The translations under genes were made by a program, and so were the position numbers. The notes under the pieces are model-generated. The model ran no database searches and had not been told where the DNA came from. It saw nothing but the letters and a program-made list of their open reading frames with translations. Shown piece after piece: positions 12,161 to 24,305 of a stretch of DNA of 64,000 nt. Source of the DNA: Malacoraja senta (lineage: Eukaryota); the NCBI GenBank assembly GCA_038087875.1, contig CM075992.1, positions 6,016,001 through 6,080,000 of the forward strand, in the 5' to 3' direction. Every line of letters starts with the position of its first letter. Position 1 is the stretch's first letter.

Positions 12161-13789
12161 TGTGTAAGAGGGAACTGCAGATGCTGGTTTAAAACGAAGA
12201 TAGACATAAAATGCTGGAGTAAATCTCTGTTGTGCTGAAGCAAAGCAAGAATTTCATTGTCCCATCAGGAACACATGACAATAAACTCTCTTGAATCTTG
12301 AATCTTGAGTAACTCAGCGGGACAGGCAGCATCTCTGGAGAGAAGGAATGGGTGACATTTTGGGAGAAATTTGAAGAACTGTCTGAAGAAGGGTCTCGAC
12401 CCAAAACGTCACCCATTCCTTCTCTCCAGAGATGCTGCCTGTCCCGCTGAGTTACTCCAGCATTTTGTGTTTATCTTGAACATTACAAATAGCAACTGAA
12501 CTTCGAACTACAAACTGACATGGTTGCACTTGCGTTCAGTATTTTGTTTTGTTTTGCTACATATTGTCAAACCTGTTGTGCCGCTGCAAGTAAAAATGTC
12601 ATTGTTCCGTTTTGGTACATATGACAATTAAACATTCTTGTCTTTCTTGACCCCCGCAGATAAATAACAAACATCAAGGTGTGAAGATGGGTCCAGAACT
12701 GAAACATCATCCTTCCACCTCCCTCTGAAGAAGGGTCTCGACCCGAAATGTCACCCATTCCCTCTCTCCCGAGATGCTGCCTGTCCTGCTGAGTTACTCC
12801 AGGTTTTTTTGTCTATCTTTGGTTTAAACCAGCATCTGCAGTTCCTTCCTACACCTTCCACCTCCCTCCGCAGATGCTGCCCAACCTGCTGAGTTCCTCC
12901 AGCAGTTTGTCTTTTACTCACGATTCCAGCATCTGCAGTCTCATGCCACCAATGTGAAGGAGAGATGGCGATCAGTTTATTTTTTAATAATAATTGCTTC
13001 ATCAACAGCTGACAAGGATGACTTCACCAGCACCATAGCATCATGAAAATCCTGACCTCACCCTATCGTAGATACTTCCATTGTCCCCCAACCACTGCAA
13101 AAAACTGACATGTCTTACTTTTCCAGTACTCCTAAAGGCTTTTTGACCTGAAAGATCATCCATTTTGTTCTATATCTCTCTACGTCACCGCTTATATCTC
13201 TCGTTTCCCTTTTCCCGACTCTCAGTCTGAAGAAGAGTCTCGACCAGAAACGTCACCTACTCCAGAGATGCTGTCTGACCAGCTGAGTTACTCCAGCTTT
13301 TTGTGTCTATCCCTATCCATAGATGCTGTCTGACCTGCTCAGTGTTCATCTTCTGCTTTCCTACTGGATTTTCTTCTCATTTTGTTTTGCTTTTTCTTCT
13401 TTGGTTGCGATAAAGACGTTGGCCTTTTATGCAGTAGTACTGTGGTTGTCAATTCATCAAAACTATTGATTATTATGCATTATCTGGGTGTATTGTGTTA
13501 CATGCCTGTTATGATGCAGCAGGTAAGAATATAATTGTTCTGTTGTTGCTTCATATGACAATTAAACACTCTTGACTCTTGTTTGCAAATGAATGTTGAT
13601 GAGTCAGTAGTGAAACTGCTCTTCCCTTTAAAACTTTAGTTAGATAGGTAGATAGAGTGGTAGAGGCAAGATAGACACAAAACACTGGAGTAACTCAGCG
13701 GGACAGGCAGCATCTCTGGAGAGAAGGAATGGGTGACGTTTCGGGTCGAGACCCTTCCTCAGACTGATAAATATTCAGAGTGGTAGAGG

Positions 13790-14625
13790 GCTATATGGAT
13801 ATGCTTGACTTCATTGAGTGGAGCACTGAGTATAAAGGGCCTGTCCCACTTGGCGATTTTTTCGGCGACTGCCGGCGTCATATCAGTGTCACAAAAAGAT
13901 TTTGAACATTTCAAAATCAAGCGGCGACAATAAAAAATGTTGTGACACTTGATAAACACTGCGTTAATACGCCGCTAATTTTTCGGTGACCTGATACGTC
14001 AGTCAATGATGCCGGCATCGCCGAAAGAATCGCCAAGTGGGACAGGCCCTTAAGAGTCAGGAAGTCATCCTGCAGCTCTGTAAGACTTTGGTTAGGCTTT
14101 AGTTGGAGTATTGCATGCCATTCTGTTCACCTCTTTACAGGAAAGATTTGAGGTTTCGGAGAAGGTGCAGAAGAGATTTACCACATTGCTGCCTGGATTA
14201 GCTATAAGAAGAGGTTGAACAGACTTGGATTGTTTTCAATGGAGCCACCGCGGCTGAGGGGAGACCTGATGGAAGTATATAGAAATTAGTGAGGCATAGA
14301 TAGGGTAGACAGTTAGAACCTTTTTTCCCCAGGGTGGAAATGTCAAAGACCAAAAGGCTTAGCTTTAAGGAGAGAAGAGTGGTGTTTAAAGCAGATATAT
14401 GGGGCAGATTGTGTTAGAACAGAGGTTGGTGGGTGCCTGGAACGCACTGCCAGGGCTGGTGGTGGAAGCAGATACGATAGTGACATTAAAGAGCGTTTCA
14501 GATAGGCACCTAAAAATGCAGGGAATGGAGGAATGCAGGCAGAGAATATTGGTTTAACTTGGCATCATGTTTGGCACGGACATTGTGGGCTGAAGGGCAT
14601 GTTCCTATGCTGTACTGTTCTATGC
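13790..14625 (+). mobile_element. Degenerate CR1 LINE 3' portion, interrupted by a MITE
   Basis: CR1 coding remnants run across the MITE (gcactgagtataa|gagtcaggaagtc); CR1-type tail. Confidence 0.8.
13836..14050. mobile_element. PIF/Harbinger-type MITE
   Basis: TIR AGGGCCTGTCCCACTTGGCGATT; TAA target duplication at 13833-13835 and 14051-14053. Confidence 0.85.
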
Positions 14626-15210
14626 TTAACCAGTGCTATATAAATGGAACCCAATTTAACCCGCAGACATTTGGAGAGGGAGATTTCACTCATAGGTCCA
14701 GAAGCAAAAATTAATTCCAAATCCCTTCATATTTTCCTACGTTAATTAGCACATCCATGCCTCCAGCTCCATTGGAACGAACCCACAAAGGAACACCATG
14801 CCTCATTAAACCCAACATCTTTACACCTTTGCTTAATTAACCTTTAACACGTAACTGTAAATAGAGCACAGTGTGAGGCCCTGTGGGACATGATCTTTTT
14901 GCCAGATGTCAGACTGGTCATAACTCACTCACGGCAAGAGAAAGTCATTTTATTGGGCAAGTTTGCCCATATCCGAGGCAGATTAGCAGTTATCGACCAG
15001 TTCGCACTGATTAGAGCAATTGGCTGGGACACTCTTGTAAATCAATTGTTTCGAGCTGTGTGTGCATTTCTTTCAAATTATAAGCACTACACAATCTTGG
15101 TATTGGTTTATTATTGTCACATGAACTGAGACGCAGCGGATAAAATTTTTGGTTTGACAGTCAAACTGCCGAGGCCAGGATGGAGTCAGAACGCTGGATC
15201 GGTGAGGTAG

Positions 15211-15510
15211 AGGGCGGCGCAGCGGTCGAGTCGCTGCCTTACAGCGCTTGCAGCGCCGGTGACCCAGGTTCCATCCCGACTACGGGTGTTGTCTGTAGGG
15301 AGTTTGTACGTTCTCCCCATGGCCTGCGTGGGTTTTCTCTGAGTTCTTCGGTTTCCTCCCACACTCCAAAGACACACAGGTATGTAGGTCACTTGGCTTG
15401 GTAAATGTAAAAATTGTCCCTAGAGTGTGTAGGATAGTGCTAATATGCGGGGATCGCTGGTCGGTGCGGGCCCGGTGGGCCTGTTTCCGCGCAAGTTTAA
15501 ACTAAACTAA
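15211..15510 (+). mobile_element. tRNA-derived SINE (HE1/V-SINE type)
   Basis: Head, core and aaact tail. Confidence 0.8.
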
Positions 15511-16998
15511 AGTCATAGAAAGATACAGCATGGAAACAGGCCCTTCAGCCCACCAATCCATGCTGATAATCAGAGACTAAATTAGTTAAAAGATACAGCA
15601 TGGAAACAGGCCCTTCAGCCCACCGAGTTCACGCCAACCATTGATCACCTAATGATACTAGTTCTATGTTATCCCACTTTCGCATCCACTCCCTACATAC
15701 TAGGGGCAATTTTCCGAGGGCAAGTCTTTGGGATGTGGGAGAAACTGGAGTAACAAAAGGAAACCCATATGGTCACAGGGAGAAAGTGCAAACTCCACAC
15801 TGACAGCACGAGAGGTCAGGATCGAACCGGGGTCTCTGTTGCAGTGAGGCATACCAGGCCAGAAATGGGTCAACTAACAGGCAAGAGGCTAGATCTCTTC
15901 TGCAGAGAAGGATATGGGCAGCACAGCGACACAGTTGGAACAGCTGCTGCCTCACAGATCCAGCGTCCCGACTCCATCCTGACCTCGTCTGCTGTCTGCG
16001 TGGAGTCTGCACGTTCTCTCTGTGACCCCGCAGGCTTCCTCCGGGTGCTCCTGTTTCCGCTCACATCCCAAAGACTTGCGGGTTTGTAAGTTAATTAGCC
16101 TCTGTAGATTGTTCTTGATGGGAGGCAATTGCCAGACCCTGGGAGGGTGCTGAGATGGTGGGAAACTTGGCAGGAATAAGGTGGTATTTGTGTGGTGCAA
16201 ATAGGTGCTTGACTCTCCATTCCCTACATGTCCATGAGTCTATCCAAACGCCTCTTCAACCTCACTATTGTATCTACCTCCACCATCACCCCTGGCAGCG
16301 TTACAGGCACCCATCACACTGTGTAAAGAAAACCTTGCCTCCCATTCATGTCCTTTGTGTTTTGCTACTGAAATAAATAAATAGCAGGCCAGGGTTGTGG
16401 GAGGATGCAGATTAGTACATTCACTGATACCTCCGTGAGCTCTTTCCAAACCAACATTAATGAGCCAGATGGGCAAGCACACCAACGTACAGTTAGGGAT
16501 TTGTGTTCTGCCCTGTGATTCATTCACAAAATGTATCCAAATGCTTGGCATGTTTCAACATGGAACATCTTTGCAACAGAACGGTGAATGCAGAGCAGAT
16601 GTAATTGGAGCTTGATTAATGCATGAACGTTTCAGATTTTTATTTTCAGGCACTGCCTCAAATTGAAAGTTTAACGGTGTATTTTTCCCTCTGCAGCTCA
16701 TAGATACTTTCATAAAGTAAGCAGCCAACGCCTCCACTTTTTTTGGGAAGTTTAAAGCGGTTCGGTATGTCGCCAATTACTCGAACAGGCTTCTACAAAT
16801 GCGCTGTAGAAAGTAATGAAAAATGAACTGCAGATGCTGGTTTATACCAAAGGTAACACTCAAACTGCTGGAATACCACGGTGGGTCAGGCAGCATATCT
16901 GGAGAAAATGCAGAGAAAACATAGGGGGATCCGTTGTGGGGGGCGAGGCCACCGAGAACAAAGGGGGACCATTGGGGACTAAATGGAATGGTTTGTCA

Positions 16999-17318
16999 AG
17001 GGCCTGTCCCACTTACGTGACTTTTTCGGCGACTGCCGGCACCCGTCATAGGTCGCCGAAAATTTTCAACATGTTGATAATCCAGCGGTGACCAGAACAA
17101 GGTACGACTCTTTGGGCGACTACTCACGACCATACAGGCTTCACCCCGCAACATGTCGGCAGGGTGTCGCCTGTATGGTCGTGAGTAGTCTCCTTGTCAC
17201 CCAAAGAGTCGTAGCGTCTTTCTAGTCACCGCTGAATTTTCAACATGTTGAAAATTTTCGGCAACCTATGACGGGTGCCGGCAGTCGCCGAAAAAGTCTC
17301 GTAAGTGGGACAGGCCCT
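16999..17318. mobile_element. PIF/Harbinger-type MITE, palindromic over its whole length
   Basis: Same TIR as 13836-14050; flanks TCA/TAA; arms complementary to the centre. Confidence 0.85.
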
Positions 17319-17994
17319 TAACTTTGTCGGCGGCCTTTTTTGTGGCCACTCTCTGCATACCTGTATATGCAAAACAAAGGATCCTACTGTGACATGTCAC
17401 ATGTGATTATCATTCATTCACAATGAACTTGAACTTGAGCTAATATATATATATTTTTAAATATTGAATCTCTGCAGAATCCCTCGGAAAAGAGTAAAGG
17501 GATATCTGACCTGTCACTGCATGGTTGAGGAAGGCATGGTTTTATGAGTGGTGAATATCATGGCCAACGGTCTAGTCTTAGCTGGGGGGACTCTCCACCA
17601 CAGTCATCTTCACTGCCGAATTTATCTGTGATAACATCCGAATAAAATCGGTGCTGGTTACAGGAAGGTTACCCTTCAAGAAACACAAAACAGAGTTAAC
17701 ATGTAGCTAGTCCTCAACAGGCATTGTCCTCCAATTCTTTTCAATACCAAAAGCAACATTGTTCCCAGATTACTCCTGGCTCCTTTTACAGAACTTAGAT
17801 CAGTGCAGGAATTAGAAACAAAGAACTGCAGATGCTGGTTACAAGAAAAAAAAAGGACACAAAGTACTGGAATAGCTCAGAGGGTCAGGCAGCATCCCGG
17901 GAGTCTGAAGAAAAGTCCCGACCCGAAACATAATCTATCCACATTCTCCAGGGATGCTGTCAGTTATTCCAGTCCTTTGTGCTGTTTTTTAATA

Positions 17995-18830
17995 GAACGG
18001 TATTGCACAGGAACAGGCCCTTCAGCCCACAATGTCCGTGCTGAACATTATGCCAAGTTAAAGTAATCCCCACTGCCTGCGTTTGATCCATGTGCCGGTC
18101 CAAAAGCCTCTTAAACATTACTATCGTATCGGCCTCCACCACCACCCCTGGCAGTACATTCTAGACACTGATCTCTGTGTATAAAAGCCTTCCCTTGCAC
18201 ATCTTCTTTAAACTTTGCCCCTCTCACCTTAGAGCTATGCCTTCTAGACTTTGATATTTCAACCCTGGGGAAAAGCTCTGACTGTCTACCTTATCTATGT
18301 TTTAAATAAATGTATATACTTCTATCAGGTTTCCTCCCACCTCGAATAATGAAAGGCCTGGATAGAGTCAATGTGGAGTGGATGTTTCCATTAGTGGGAG
18401 AGTCTAGGACCAGAGGCCAGAGCCTCAGAATAGAAGAACGTACTTTTAGAAAAGAGATGATGAGGAATTTCTTTGGTCAGATGGTGGTGAATCTGTGGAA
18501 TTCATTGCCACAGACGGTTGTGGAAGCCGTCAATGGATATTTTTAAGGCGGAAATTGTCAGATTCTTGATTAGTACGGGTGTCAGGGGTTATGAGGCGCA
18601 GATAGGAGAATGGGGTTGAGAGGGAAAGATCGATCAGCCATGATCGCATGGTGGATTGGACTTGATGGGCCAAACCAAGTTCTTCTAACCTCTTATCTCT
18701 AACACCCTCTAATCCAAGCATCATTCTGGTAAACCTCCTCTGCACCCTTTTCAAAGCCTCCACATCCCTCCTGTAATGGGGCGACCAGAACCGCCAGAAC
18801 ACTCCAAATGTGGTCTAACCAAAGTCTTCC
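17995..18830. mobile_element. Nested CR1 fragments (plus-strand 3' end ~18345-18675 inside an older minus-strand CR1)
   Basis: ORFs 18310-18546 (+) and 18530-18802, 17960-18145 (-) all CR1 ORF2 C-terminal. Confidence 0.8.
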
Positions 18831-19449
18831 TTTGTGCTCACATTATTAACATGATGTTGCCACAGTTACTACCTCTGGAGGAGAGTTTCACAGCTCCACA
18901 GCACTCAGTGAAGAGGATTCTATTCCCCAACAGCATCAGTCTCCTATTTTTAAAGTAGACACAAGGAACGGCAGATGTTGGTTTACCAAAAAAGACACAA
19001 AGTGCTGGAGTAACTCAATGGGTTAGGCAACATATCTGGACAACGTGGATTGGTGATGTTTCGAGTCTGAAAAAGGGTCCCGACAAAAACAAAATCACCT
19101 ACCCATGCTCTCCAGAGATACTGCCTGATCCACCGAGAATGCATCGCCTGGGGTGGTGGTGGAGGCAGATATGATAGTGGTGTTTAAGAGGTTTTAGAAA
19201 GGCACATACAAGTGCAGGGAATAGAGGGATATGGATTATGTCCAGGCAGATGAGATCAGTTCAGCTAGGCATCATGTTCAGCATTAACATTGCGGGCCAA
19301 AGGGCCTGTTCTGTGTTGTACTATTCTATGTTCATATAGTTCTCAACATTGCAGTGTATCAGTTCCACAGACAAAGCCCAGTGTCCACAATGGGGTAGAT
19401 GTCAATCGGACAGTACTAGTTTGTGGAAGGGCCATTCAGTAGCCTGATA

Positions 19450-19744
19450 AGGGTGGCACAGCAGTAGAGTTGCTGCCTTGCAGTGCCAGAGAACGGGTTA
19501 AATCCTGACTATGGGTGCTGTCTGTACGGAGTTTGTACAGTCTCCGTGACCGCGTGGGTTTTCACCGGGTGCTTCGGTTTCCCCCTACACTCCAAAGACA
19601 TGCAGGTTTGTAGGTTAATTGGCTTCTGTAAATTGTCCCTAGTGTCTAGGATAGAACTAGTGTATGGGCCATCGTTGGTCGGCATGGACTCGGTGGGCCG
19701 AAAGGCCTGTTTCCACGCTGTATCTCTAAAACTAAAACTAAACT
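19450..19744 (+). mobile_element. tRNA-derived SINE (HE1/V-SINE type)
   Basis: Head, core and aaact tail. Confidence 0.8.
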
Positions 19745-21299
19745 GAGGGGAAGAAACTGTTCCTGAGTCTGGTGGTGTGCTTTCAAGCTTCTGTACCTTC
19801 TGTTGGACAGGAGCTATAACAGTAAATTAATCTGAGTATGAAAGCATTTCTGGACAAAATGGATAGGTGACGTTTCAGGTTGTGACCTTTCTTCAGAGTC
19901 ATAACGTCACCTATCCATTTTCTCCAGATATGCTGCCTGACCATCTGAGTTACTCAGCATTTTGTGTCTGTCTTTGGTATAAACCAGCAGTTCCTTCTTA
20001 TTACATTGAGTCTGAAAGATTTAATTAGAAATTTACCTTAGCAGTTGTGCTGTGCATTTTGTATTATGTAGTGGAACAGAAGTATGTTCAAAGAACAATT
20101 CATCATCGAAAGAGTCCTGAGCAGCACCACATGAGATCTGTCGTAAAACATACAAAAATAGTCGTTTCACATAACATACAGAAATAGCACAGTTGCCCAC
20201 AGATACAGACAGATCCGCTCTGAGGTGAACTTTACGTAATCCTCTCTTGCTCTCCTCTTTGAGGCAATGGTGAATGGGTGGACAAGTGCGCAGCAGTAAA
20301 TCAAAATCAAACCAAAACCTGCACTTCTCCCAACAGTGACACCAGCACAATTTTGGCACTGTCTTTAAGAGTAGGAACACTACCCAATTACCCTGGCTGG
20401 TAAGCCCAAAACTATGGCTCCAATCATCACCCTAAATGGCAGCCAATACCACAATACAAAACTAAAATAGCATACTGTTTCCTTTACATCATACAGAAAC
20501 TATGCTTCACTCTCTTATTCATTTAACAAATATGCACACAGTGGTTAAAACTGTAACAATTGCAGAATGACATTCCGTGGTGCTAACAATCCTCTGTTGT
20601 ACAGGTGACTGAATAGAAACATTTCATGACAAAATTATATAGTGATCAATTTAATTTAACCACAAGGCGACTGATCATTTAGGTTGCAACTTCAAGGTCT
20701 GTCCGTGCAGGGGGAAGGGGGACAGCAACGAGACAATGCAACGAGCAAACACTCATTCACACATTTAGCTCTGAGAACAGCGCTCAGCTGTGAATCCACC
20801 CCTCCCTTCCATCACATCACAATAGACACCTTGCCCTTGGAAGACACAATAACACCATCCATAGGCTGGATGGGGAACAATTTCTTTTTCTGACAGGACT
20901 CACTTTGCAGCAAGCTGCACAGTCCAGCAACTATAATAATCCACACTGTCACCATGCAATGCTCCAAACATTCATTTCTAAATGCACCTGAAAGTTTACA
21001 GTTAAGACATGGAAGTGCAGCCCAGTGCAATGTCACTGTACAATGAAACGCACTCCAATGTCAATATGCACTTTTGCATTCAAGACAATCAGATCCCACT
21101 TTGTTTGGAAATTGAAAGAAGCACATACAGGGGTTTGGAGGAAGATGGGTCTTTGCAGCTGTGCTCCCTCAGGCTGCACTCTCTCCTTGGTGGGTCCCTG
21201 TGGTGAGTGCCTGCTGGAGACTGCAGCCCCCTGCAACCAGCTCAGTGCAGCTCCATTGCAACCTCAGCCAAGTGGCATCCATTACTGCCTGGGAATCCC

Positions 21300-21530
21300 A
21301 GGTTCAGCCCCAGCGCGCCCGCCGGACGTCCCGCCCCCGCGCCCCTCCCATTGGCCGCCCCGCCGTCCATCAGCCGCCAGGCCCGCCTCCCCGCCGCGTC
21401 CATTGGCCGCCAGCGCCGCGGGGGGCGGGGTCCCCGGAGGGGCAGCGTCGTCCGCCATTGGCCGGGCCGGCTGCCAGTCACCCGACCCGACCCCCGCTTC
21501 CGCTCGGCGCGCAATGGCAGCGGGAGAAGG
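21300..21530. promoter_or_regulatory. CpG-island promoter with three CCAAT boxes (ATTGG at 21350, 21402, 21457) and GC boxes
   Basis: CATTGGCCG three times, interleaved with CCGCCC/GGGGCGGGG; dense CpG. Confidence 0.7.
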
Positions 21531-21534
21531 GCAG

Positions 21535-22260
21535 GGGGAGAGTGTGTGATGGAGAGGAGAGTGTGTGATGGAGAGGAGAGTGTATGTGATGGAGAGTGAG
21601 GGGGAGAGAGAGAGAGAGAGAGAGTGATGGAGAGGAGAGTGTGTGATGGAGAGTGAGGGGGAGAGGAGTGTATGTGATGGAGTGTATGTGATGGAGAGTG
21701 AGGGGGAGAGAGATGGGGATAGTGTGTGTGTGTGTGTGTGAGAGAGAGATGATGTCAGGTGAGAGATGGGGGAGATTGTTTGTGGGGAAGAAAGTGAGAG
21801 AGAGAGGGGGGGAGTGTGAGGGGGAGAGAGAAGGAAAAGGGGTGGGAGAGTGAGGGGGGAGAGAAAGGCGCGAGGGGTGAGGGAAGAGGGGATTAGGGGA
21901 GAGAACTTGGGGGTGAGAGAGAGAGGAAGGGGTTAGGGGAGAATGAGGGTGTGAGGGGCGAGAGCATGGGATCGAGGGTTAGGGGACAGCTTGGGGCGAG
22001 GGGGTGAGAGTTAAGGGAGAACTGTGGGCGAGAGTGTGAGGGGGAGTGTATTGGGGACTGCATGGGGTGAGGGGGAGAGCGAGGGTGTGGGGACGATGGG
22101 TCGGGGAGCATCAGGGGTAGGGAAGAGCATGGAGTGAGGGTAGGAGGAGGAGTGGGAGAGGATTAGGGGTACGAGGGGTGTGGGAGAGCACAAGATCAAG
22201 GGTAGGACGGTGAGAGGGTGGGAAGCGTGAGTTGAGGGTTAGGAGGTCAAAGGGAGAGAT
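21535..22260. repeat. Purine-rich low-complexity region (19-bp gtgtgtgatggagaggaga units, (GA)n, (TG)n)
   Basis: Read directly. Confidence 0.85.
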
Positions 22261-23189
22261 CCTGAGGGCTAGCTGGGCAATAATAATAATAATAATAATA
22301 CATTTTATTTATATAGCGCTTTTCAAGGACTCAAAGTCGCTTTACATTGAGAGTCAAAAACAAAACAAAATAGAACAGTAAGACAGAGATGCAATGAGGG
22401 ATGGTAGGTGGGGGGATACTAAGTGGGGGGCACAAGGGACCACAAAGTGGGGTGAGCCAGTTGGACCACAGGGTAAGATGCACAAACAGGGGAACCATAA
22501 AGCAGTGTACAACCGGGGGCAGAGGGAACCACAAAAGGGCGGCACAAGGTGGAGTGCACAAAAGGGACATAAAATGTGGTGCGCAAGTTGGACCTCTAAG
22601 TAGGGTGCACAAGGTTGGGGACATTACATGGGGGCTCAGGAAGCACAAAGTGGAAAGTGGTGGAGGATTTAGAAGAGAGAGGTAGCAGTGGGTGACGGTT
22701 TTCGGTTTGATAGGTGAGGCTCGGGTTGTGGAGGAGACATGATTGGTGATGAAGGGATGAGTCTAGATGAGGTGTGATGGGCTGAGGGGGGTGGGTGATG
22801 AAAAGATGGTGGAGGTGCTTTGTTATCCTTCTCAATACCTCGTTCCTGCAAGAAAACCAAACCTAGCCAACTTTGGCCACAACAGATCTTCAACCCTGGC
22901 ACCATCTTCCCACAACAGATCTCCAACTCTTGCCACAATCTTCCCACCCACTGTTGTTGCTATTCCTTCCAGTTGTATGACACCTAGGTTGTCCAAATGT
23001 TATGAAACAGTTGAAGCAACGTCTAAAGGTGTATGATAAAATAGGAGCACGTGGAACTGCAGATGCTGGAAATATTCCATAGGATTCAAACTGCTGGAAT
23101 AACTCAGCGAGTCAGGCACCTAAAGAGATCTACAGATGGCAGAACAGAAGGAGTGAGAGAGGGTGAGATGTTTTGTTCTGTGGCAGTGA

Positions 23190-23626
23190 TGTTAAAAAAT
23201 ATATATACAAAACATCAAAGTCTTAATACTTTCTTAGTGTGTCTCTACATTCAATATTGTCAGTGTTATACCCAGCAGAATTAGCACCTTTGTTTCCTTA
23301 CAGATAGCACCCTTGCCACACATGTTGCTCCCTGGGGTGATCTTCCTTCCCCTGTTTGGGGGTGTATCCACCAGACTGCTGCTCAATGTCCAGCAGCTGA
23401 GGGACCCTAGACTGTGGTCCTCCGCCACAGAGCCTTGGCGTTGGTTGCACCGAGCTGCTGTGCGTCCCTCAGCATGTACTCCTGCAGTCTGGAGTGGGCC
23501 AGTCGGCAACATTCCCCGACGGACATTTGTTGGGACACCAACAAGTTTCAGGCAGACCAAAGAGCGTTTTTCACCGAATTTATGGTCTTCCAACAACACT
23601 TCGAATATGTCTCTGCGAACAGCGCA
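23190..23626 (-). mobile_element. Tx1-like (L1 clade) retrotransposon 3' end
   Basis: Minus translation WKTINSVKNALWSA*NLLVSQQ..ECCRLAHSRLQEYMLRDAQQLGATNAKALWRRTTV* followed by a 3' UTR. Confidence 0.7.
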
Positions 23627-24305
23627 TACATAGATACATAGAAAATAGGTGCAGGAGTAGGCCATTCGGCCCTTCGAGCCTGCACCGCCATTCAATATGA
23701 TCATGGCTGATCATCCAACTCAGTATCCCGTACCTGCCTTCTCTCCATACCCCCTGATCCCTTTAGCCACAAGGGCCACATCTAACTCCCTCTTAAATAT
23801 AGCCAATGAACTGGCCTCAACTACCCTCTGTGGCAGAGAGTTCCAGAGATTCACCACTCTCTGTGTGAAAATGTTTTTTCTCATCTCGGTCTTAAAGGAT
23901 TTCCCCCTTATCCTTAAGCTGTGACCCCTTGTCCTGGACTTCCCCAACATCGGGAACAATCTTCCTGCATCTAGCCTGTCCAACCCCATAAGAATTTTGT
24001 ACGTTTCTATAAGATCCCCTAAATTCTAGCGAGTATAAGCCAAGTCTATCCAGTCTTTCTTCATATGAAAGTCCTGACATCCCAGGAATCAGTCTGGTGA
24101 ACCTTCTCTGCACTCCCTCTATGGCTATAATGTTCTTCCTCAGATTTGGAGACCAAAACTGTACGCAATACTCCAGGTGTGGTCTCACCAAGACCCTGTA
24201 CAACTGCAGTAGAACCTCCCTGCTCCTATACTCAAATCCTTTTGCTATGAAAGCTAACATACCATTCGTTTTCTTCACTGCCTGCTGCACCTGCATGCCT
24301 ACTTT

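Noticed and set aside
1480..13330. Recurrent ~30-bp palindromic motif as a CRISPR array
   Set aside because: Dispersed on both strands, irregular spacing, no cas genes, vertebrate context; derived from Penelope tails
21025..21599. Overlapping ORFs across the CpG island
   Set aside because: GC-rich, stop-poor sequence; no coherent protein or splice structure
23313..23633. 106-aa plus ORF after an acceptor-like site
   Set aside because: Antisense of a Tx1-like ORF2 C-terminus
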